DNA of 64,000 nt, taken from positions 149,207 to 213,206 of the forward strand of contig JBBRLQ010000015.1 of the NCBI GenBank assembly GCA_038231275.1, in the 5' to 3' direction. Under the pieces are notes generated by a model, which worked only from the letters and a program-made list of their open reading frames with translations, made no database searches and was not told where the DNA came from. Below, piece after piece: positions 58,015 to 64,000 of the stretch. The stretch is from Polyangiales bacterium. GTDB lineage: Bacteria > Myxococcota_A > Polyangia > Polyangiales > Polyangiaceae. Position numbers and translations under genes: made by a program. Position 1 is the first letter of the stretch, and each line of letters starts with the position of its first letter.

Positions 58015-59319
58015 TCACGTTAGGGCGCCCGCGACGATTTGCCCCGAGAGGATCTGTCCGCTGATCACGGCGGGATCGACGCCGACGCCCGCGAGCACCG
58101 TGCGACCGAACGACGCGAGCGTGCTCGTCGCCGCGATGTCGCCGCCGGCACCGCCCTTGCCCGTCTTCGAGTCGATCGGCAGCGCGCCGTAGTCCGATGC
58201 GACCGGTCCCACCCCACCGATGACGCCGCCCGCGAAGGGCTTGCCGATCGCGACCGACACCTGGTGGTTCGGGTTGTGCTGGCGCCCGTCGGTGTTCGAC
58301 GGACCGAGCGTCCGCCCGAAGACGTTCAGCGAGAGGAACGAGACCTGGTCCTGCATGCCGAGCGACGCGAGTTGGTCCATGAGCGACTTGATCGTCGCGA
58401 CGCCCGCCACCGTCTGCGCGGCCTCGGCGGTCAGCGTGGGATCGTGGTGGTTGTCGCCGCCGAACGGGATGTGGATCGAGATGACCGGTGTGACCTTCAT
58501 CTGGATGAGGGCGAGCGCCGCGGTGATCTGCGACGCCGCGCTGTTGTCCTTGATCGACGCGAGCTGGTCGAGCAGCTTCTGGTTGATGTTGCGGACCTGC
58601 GCCTGCGTCGTCATCATCGAGTCGATGTAGGCCTTCTGCGCCGTGCTCGCGTCCTTCTTGTAGACGTCGGCGAGCTGCGAGAGCGTCTTGTCGCGGAGGC
58701 CCTGAAGGTCGGTAAGCGGACCGGTCGGATTCGCGAGCGTCGCCTTGAGGGCGAGCGCCGGCACGATCGGCAGCGCCTGACCGCCGTACGACAGCCCCTC
58801 GGACGGCGAGGTCGCGCCGAGGCAGAGCGGCTGCGACTGGATGGTGCCGAGGCACGGCGCGAGCTGGCGCGCGAGGATCGACGGGAGCATCTCGTCCCCC
58901 TTCGTCACGTGCATCAGCTTCATGACCTCCGGCTCCTTGGGATGGACCGGCGTGTTCGTCATGACGTGCCAAAACTGCGTGCGGTCGAGGACGCCGCCGA
59001 GCGTGGCCCACGGCGCCGCCCCGGTGTGCTGCTGCCCGCGCATCGTCATCTGCGTCGCTGCCATCGACGGGTCGAGCGAGTGCGAGATGTTCTTGTCCTC
59101 GTACGTGCCCGGCACGTTCGCGTTGATCGGGTCGCCGCTTCCGGAGGTGCAGAAGATGATGAACTGCGCCTTGGGATTGGTGCAGGCGGGCGGCGCGTCG
59201 GCGAGGGCCTTCCGCGGGTTCAGGAGGAACGAGACCGGCAACCCGGTCGCGAGGGAGCGGAGCCCGATGGCGCCCGCACCGAAAAGACTGGAGACGAGGG
59301 CATTGCGGCGGCTGATCAT
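58015..59319 (-). CDS. DUF1501-like Tat-exported protein
   Basis: SRRNAL twin-arginine motif; GGDNH; NVFGRT..GRQH; AAGGA SD. Confidence 0.75.
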   Translation of the reverse strand: MISRRNALVSSLFGAGAIGLRSLATGLPVSFLLNPRKALADAPPACTNPKAQFIIFCTSGSGDPINANVPGTYEDKNISHSLDPSMAATQMTMRGQQHTGAAPWATLGGVLDRTQFWHVMTNTPVHPKEPEVMKLMHVTKGDEMLPSILARQLAPCLGTIQSQPLCLGATSPSEGLSYGGQALPIVPALALKATLANPTGPLTDLQGLRDKTLSQLADVYKKDASTAQKAYIDSMMTTQAQVRNINQKLLDQLASIKDNSAASQITAALALIQMKVTPVISIHIPFGGDNHHDPTLTAEAAQTVAGVATIKSLMDQLASLGMQDQVSFLSLNVFGRTLGPSNTDGRQHNPNHQVSVAIGKPFAGGVIGGVGPVASDYGALPIDSKTGKGGAGGDIAATSTLASFGRTVLAGVGVDPAVISGQILSGQIVAGALT

Positions 59320-59341
59320 CTGGGCATCCTTCTTTCTAGAC

Positions 59342-61411
59342 CTAGAGACCAATCGCGACGGCCGAGGGCGCCAGGCACGCGACGACGAACGTAGAGCGCA
59401 GCGAGTCGGACGCGGCTGCGCCGGTGCCCTTGGCGGCGGTGAAGTGCGTGTTGAGCGCGTCCTTCGCGGCGGCGGCGCGCGGGTCGGAGTCGGGGAGCGC
59501 CATCAAGATGTGCACGAAGTCGGCGATCGCGACGTCGGGCTGCGTGCTCGACCATTGCTTGGAGCCCGCGATGGGCTTGGTGGCGTCGATGACCATCGCG
59601 GCGACGGCCTCGCAGATGTTCTCGGTACCGGCGCGGAAGAAGAGCGACGGCTCGTTGGGGAGGATCGGCGCGAGCGCTCCGCGGCCGTACCCGTCGGAGG
59701 GAAGGCCCGATACGATCTGCGGGATCGTCGTCTGCTGGAGCTTGGGGTTGACGGCGTCGAGCGCGCAGACGTCGGTGAATCCGAGGCGGTTGTTGAGCGC
59801 GGCGCAGAGGTGGTCGCGACGCGACACCGCGACGACCTCTCCGTGATCGTCGGTCGACTTGGTCGCCGTGGCGTGCGTCGTGAGCGGCGACGCCATAAGC
59901 TCGCGCACCAGCGTGTTCCACGAGAACTTCGAGCTCTTGAAGACGTCGACGACGCGCTGGAACTCGACGTCGTCGGTCGAGCACGCGGTGGAGTTTGCGT
60001 AGTAGCAGAGCTTCTGCGCCCACGCGGCTGGGAAGAGCGGGTGCTCGGCGAGCGTGGCGCCGAGATCCGCGACGCTGGAGAGCTGCTTGGTGACGCCCTG
60101 GAACTGGAACATCCCCTTCTCGCCCGAGTACTTCGCCTCGGTCTGGCGGTGGTACGTCCACGAGTACGTCGACGAGAGGATCGAGCGCGTCGGGTCGAGC
60201 GTCTGGTGGCACGCGAAGCACGCGGGGTCGGAGGCGTGCGCCTTGTCGATGCCGGGCGCCGAGGCGGGCGTCGTCGGGTCGGTTCCGTCCACCGCGGCGC
60301 CGAGCGCGACGATGAGCGTCTGGTTCATCGTGACGCGCGCCTGGTTGCTCATGTTCGTCTGCCAGTTGGCGAAGAACGCCGGCGTCGTGAAGAACCCGAC
60401 GCGCGGGATGGTCAGCACGAGCTCGCTCCCGTTTCGGAAGGTCGGTAGATCGTAGAACGGCGTCGGCTTCTCGCCGCCCTTGGGCGGGCGGATCGTCACC
60501 ATCTTCCACGTCGTATAGTCGGCCGGCAGCATCTGCGAGCTCGTCGCCGTCCCGCCGCGCTGGTTGCAGTTCGCGCCGCCCGTCGGGTTCTTATGCCCCG
60601 GGACGCCGCCCATGAGGATCATGTGGAGGAGATCGGTCGCCGCCGCGTAGACGATCGGATCCTGCTGGCACCCCGCCGGCTGGTTCAAGCCAGCGTTGGC
60701 GACATCGGCATTGTAAAAATGCATGTAGTTTGCATTGGTCGGATCGAGCGAGTCGGCGATGGGGATCGCCGCGCCGGTCGCGGTGATCGTGACGTTGAGC
60801 CCGGGGTTCTGGGTGCGCCAGACGTCGGTGACCTTGTCCATGTCGTCGACCTGCCACGCGTCGAGGTACGCGTAGATCTGCATCAAGGCCGGCGTCATCA
60901 TGAACTGCTGCGTCGTCATCGTCTCGGTGAACGGGCGACCGTCTGCGACGATCTGGAGCACCGTGCGCGCGAAACTCTCGCGCGCGTTCTGGACGAACTG
61001 GACCTCGAGCGCGTTGTTCGTGATGAGCTTGCGCGGGAAGGACATGTCGTCGAAGTCGACGCCAGCGACCTGCGTCTGCTGGAACGCGAGCTCGAAGAAC
61101 GTCTTCATCTTCTGCGAGTACTGCGGCAGCGCCATCCAGCCGTCGATGAGCCCCGCGAGCTTCGTCGGATCGGCCTGCACCGTCTTGATCTCGTCGTCCG
61201 TCGGCGGCAGGCCGACGAGGATGTTCTTCACCTTCGCCACGTACGTCGACGGGCTCGAGACCTCCGACGGCACCGGCGACGTCTGCCCGCTCAGCGGATC
61301 CGGCGGCGGCGAGGTCGACGACGACGACCCGCCGCTCGTGCTGAAGCAGGCCGCGGCGCCGCCGAGCGTGGCGGCAAGGGAGAGCACGAGGGAAAGGGAT
61401 GTGCGCGGCAT
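59342..61411 (-). CDS. DUF1592/DUF1588/DUF1585-type lipoprotein with one CxxCH
   Basis: Lipobox AAAC; GFFTTPAF..WQTN.SN..R; HASDPACFACHQTLDP; WAQKLCYYA. Confidence 0.7.
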   Translation of the reverse strand: MPRTSLSLVLSLAATLGGAAACFSTSGGSSSSTSPPPDPLSGQTSPVPSEVSSPSTYVAKVKNILVGLPPTDDEIKTVQADPTKLAGLIDGWMALPQYSQKMKTFFELAFQQTQVAGVDFDDMSFPRKLITNNALEVQFVQNARESFARTVLQIVADGRPFTETMTTQQFMMTPALMQIYAYLDAWQVDDMDKVTDVWRTQNPGLNVTITATGAAIPIADSLDPTNANYMHFYNADVANAGLNQPAGCQQDPIVYAAATDLLHMILMGGVPGHKNPTGGANCNQRGGTATSSQMLPADYTTWKMVTIRPPKGGEKPTPFYDLPTFRNGSELVLTIPRVGFFTTPAFFANWQTNMSNQARVTMNQTLIVALGAAVDGTDPTTPASAPGIDKAHASDPACFACHQTLDPTRSILSSTYSWTYHRQTEAKYSGEKGMFQFQGVTKQLSSVADLGATLAEHPLFPAAWAQKLCYYANSTACSTDDVEFQRVVDVFKSSKFSWNTLVRELMASPLTTHATATKSTDDHGEVVAVSRRDHLCAALNNRLGFTDVCALDAVNPKLQQTTIPQIVSGLPSDGYGRGALAPILPNEPSLFFRAGTENICEAVAAMVIDATKPIAGSKQWSSTQPDVAIADFVHILMALPDSDPRAAAAKDALNTHFTAAKGTGAAASDSLRSTFVVACLAPSAVAIGL

Positions 61412-61422
61412 GGCCACCGTAG

Positions 61423-61438
61423 AGCAAGCTTCGGGCCG
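61423..61438 (-). promoter_or_regulatory. Putative sigma-54 promoter
   Basis: Minus strand CGGCCCGAAGCTTGCT, GG-N10-GC; ATG 61411 at about +2. Confidence 0.55.
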
Positions 61439-61650
61439 CCCGACGCCCACACGCGAGGCGCGCCGCGGGCGCCGCGTTTCTCGACGTTTCTCGCAGCTTT
61501 CGACCAGGCCCTGTGATCGACGCGATCACATGTGAGCTTCGATCGTCGCCACGCGCGGCGTTCATGGCCGTGGACCTCCGGAGGTTCAGGGGACGGCGTC
61601 GACGGTGGGGAGCACGACAAAGCGTCCCGCTGGTAGGATGAGAGATTCGA

Positions 61651-63657
61651 GTGCTCAAGCCCGGCGATCAAGTACAGAATTTCGTCATCGTGTCCCCCCT
61701 CGGTGAAGGGGGAATGGGACAGGTCTACGTCGCGCGCGACACCCGTCTGAACCGAAACGTCGCGCTGCCGCCGCCGGTCGCGGAGGCCGTGACGCGCGCG
61801 ATGGCCAAGAAGCGCGCGGAGCGCTACGGGTCGACCGATGCACTGCTGGCGGTGCTCGAGGGGACGCCGTCCAAGCCCACGCACGACCCGCTCGCAGAGA
61901 CGCAGCCGCAAGAGCCGGTCGCGGCGGAGGACGGGTCGCTCTCTCCCAAAGCGACATCGCTGCCCCAGAAACCGGCCACCGACGAGGCGCGCCTCGTCAC
62001 GACGGCGCCGACTATCGCGCCCTTCTGGCGGCGCCACGTGCTGGCAAGCGCGGTGGCTTTGGTGGGCGCGGCGGCGGCGCTAGGCTTCGCGGCGCGCGCG
62101 CTGTCGACGCGCGGCGCCGGCCCGGCGGGCTCCGGCAGCGCGGCGCTTGCGAACGTGCCGCCGGCCGAGTGCACGGCGAGCTCGCAGTGCACGAAGAAGC
62201 TGGGCCAGCCCGCGGCGTGCAATCGGCAGGGGAAGTGCGCCGCGTTGGCGTCGCAGGACTGCGAGGTCCTCGCCGACCCCACGGCGCTCGCGAGCGATGA
62301 GACCGTGTGGTTCGGGACGTTGCTCCCCAAGAACGAGCCGGATTTCAAGGTGGAGCTTCGCGCGATCGACCTGGCGCGGCAGGACTTCGCGCAGATGATG
62401 TCGGGGTTCTCACAAGCGGGGCGGCATGTGCGGCCGTTCGGGCTCTTGGCGTGCGACGATGAGGCGGACGTCATGCGGGCGGCGCATCACCTTGTGGACG
62501 ACGTAGGAGTTCCGGCGCTGATTGGATTTCACTCGTCCGCGGAGGTAATCGAGGTCGGCGGAAAGATCCTCCTGCAATCGGGGACACTCGGGATCGTCCC
62601 TCTGAGTATCAGCCCATTGGTGACGTCGTTGCCGTCCCAGCCTGGGAAGCCTCGCTTCATCTGGCGTACGACGTTCAGCTCGACGCAAACGGCGCGGGTC
62701 CTAGGTTACTTCGTCGGGGAGGTCCTCGAAAAGCGGGTTCGCGCGAGCGAGCCAGCGCGCGGCTCGTCGCCCGTACGCGTGGCGTTCGTGCGCGACAAGA
62801 CACAGGGCGGATTCACTTGGGACGGGCTCGTTCTGAAGAACATCCGCTTCAATGGAAAATCGGCGATTGAAAACGGAGACGACTTTCGGGCGGTGGTCAT
62901 TGACACAGGCACCCCCCAAACCCTCGACCGTGACGCGCGAGCTGCGGTCGATAGCCTGGGAAAATTCCTCCCCGACGTCATCATCTACTCAGCCAACGTA
63001 GATGTGCAGAAGGTGATCGCGCCGGTCGAGGCAGCCTGGCCACACGAACGACGGCGCCCGCTCTATACCGTCGTCGCGCAAATCACACCCGACTACTTCC
63101 CGTGGATCGGCGCATCGGCAGAACGGCGCCGCCGCTTCTTCGACATCGTGCCGCTGCCGTCCACCACGGTGAACGCGCAATTCGTGATGCACTTCAACGA
63201 GGGCAGTCCGGTCACCGTCTCCAACGCCGACGCGCCCAATTCTTCCTACGATTCGTTCTACCTGCTCGCATACGCCGCGTATGCGCTCGGGAGTGGAGCC
63301 GTGACCGGCGAGACGCTCGCCCGTGCGTTCTCTCGATTGCTACCGCCCGGCAAGCCCATCGACGTCGGCCCCGACAAGATCTTCGATGCCTACTCGACCT
63401 TGCAGAAGGGCGAGAACATCGATCTCAACGGTGCGTTCGGTTCGCTCGACTTCGATACGGAGACGGGCGAGTCTTCAGGGTCGAACGAGCGTTCATGGCA
63501 TCCTCTTTTAGGGCCGCGTCAGCCGCGCAATGGATCCTTTTGCAGCAGCCGTGCCGTGGCTGTTCGACAGGAATTCATTGATGAATTTTCTGTACAGCCC
63601 GCCGTTGCGCAGGCCGCCGTCGCGCAAAATGAACAGTCTGTACAACCCCGAGCCTGA
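61651..63657 (+). pseudogene. Ser/Thr kinase-TM-periplasmic binding protein fusion with the kinase core deleted and an aberrant C-terminus
   Basis: LGEGGMGQVY..RNVAL joined directly to a subdomain XI-like PPPVAEAVTRAMAK..RY; TM helix; LivJ-like domain ending IDLNGAFGSLDFD..TGE, then a non-protein-like tail. Confidence 0.65.
63541..63556 (-). promoter_or_regulatory. Putative sigma-54 promoter with downstream SD and ATG
   Basis: Minus strand CGGCACGGCTGCTGCA; AAGAGGA SD precedes ATG at 63496. Confidence 0.6.
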
Positions 63658-63670
63658 ACAAACTGTTCAG
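63582..63670. promoter_or_regulatory. Three TGAACA-N3-TGTWCA-like sites (candidate enhancer-binding protein sites)
   Basis: 63582-63596 (degenerate), 63630-63644 and the perfect palindrome CTGAACA-aac-TGTTCAG at 63654-63670. Confidence 0.6.
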
Positions 63671-64000
63671 TCGCGTTTGCGAGGGCGCGGGAGGTTGAAG
63701 TCGTTGATGCGCTTGATCAACGTCCCGCGCGAGATGCCGAGCAGCTTCGCGGCGTGCGATTGGTTGCCGCCGCATTGCTCGAGCGCGTCGACGACCGCTT
63801 GACGGCCGTCGTCGATGATCGTCGGCGCGGGCGACCGCATCTTCGACTCGCTTACCGTGTCCTCCCAGCCGCCGGTCGCGGCGAGCGAATTGGCGTTGGG
63901 GGTGGCGTTGGGGGTTTAGTTTGAGTTGTGCGACGGGGCCGGCATCGTCCGCACGACGTGCGCGGGCGAGGTCGTCATGTGGATGACGGGCCCCATCTTC
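63667..64000 (-). pseudogene. C-terminal end of a probable sigma-54 enhancer-binding protein (Fis-type HTH) interrupted by an in-frame TAA
   Basis: ALEQCGGNQSHAAKLLGISRGTLIKRI..LPRPRK; the frame is open from the window edge (KMGPVIH..) but stops at 63916-63918; alternatively a standalone 57-aa HTH from ATG 63840. Confidence 0.65.

Noticed and set aside
63916..63918. Recoded stop (selenocysteine or pyrrolysine)
   Set aside because: The codon is TAA, not TGA or TAG, and lies in a low-complexity linker
1..64000. tRNA, rRNA, IS elements, integrase or prophage genes
   Set aside because: No recognisable cloverleaf, rRNA-like stretch, transposase or phage motifs found by eye; tRNAscan-SE, Infernal and ISEScan would be needed to exclude them formally

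Overview
High-GC, densely coding bacterial DNA. Its gene content (MYXO-CTERM tails, Myxococcales Cys-rich repeats, TSP3/OmpA protein, Hanks kinases, DUF2378-like and DUF1501/DUF1592-type genes, many Cys-rich lipoproteins) points to Myxococcota, probably a Polyangiales/Labilithrix-like lineage (inference). About 60 real genes can be picked out of the many GC-rich shadow ORFs. They encode housekeeping enzymes (malic enzyme, ROK kinase, ABC-F ATPase, S1 paralog, several SAM-dependent transferases) and many secreted or surface proteins. No rRNA, tRNA, CRISPR array or transposase was recognised. Top observation: a lipoprotein at 27501-29048 has an N-terminal domain with a MACPF-like THF-x6-GA motif and Gly-rich hairpin-like segments. 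It is translationally coupled to a second lipoprotein (29045-30010) made of a copy of only its C-terminal helical domain, a candidate pore-former plus decoy/partner system. Other highlights: a DTW (acp3U) enzyme fused to a degenerate DnaQ-like domain; a core MetE-like zinc enzyme with non-MetE motifs; several sigma-54-type promoters placed so that transcripts would be essentially leaderless; many -10-hexamer leaderless starts; and a decayed right end (kinase with its catalytic core deleted, a probable deletion junction, and a sigma-54 activator tail cut by a stop). All family calls come from motif recognition by eye; no database searches were run.
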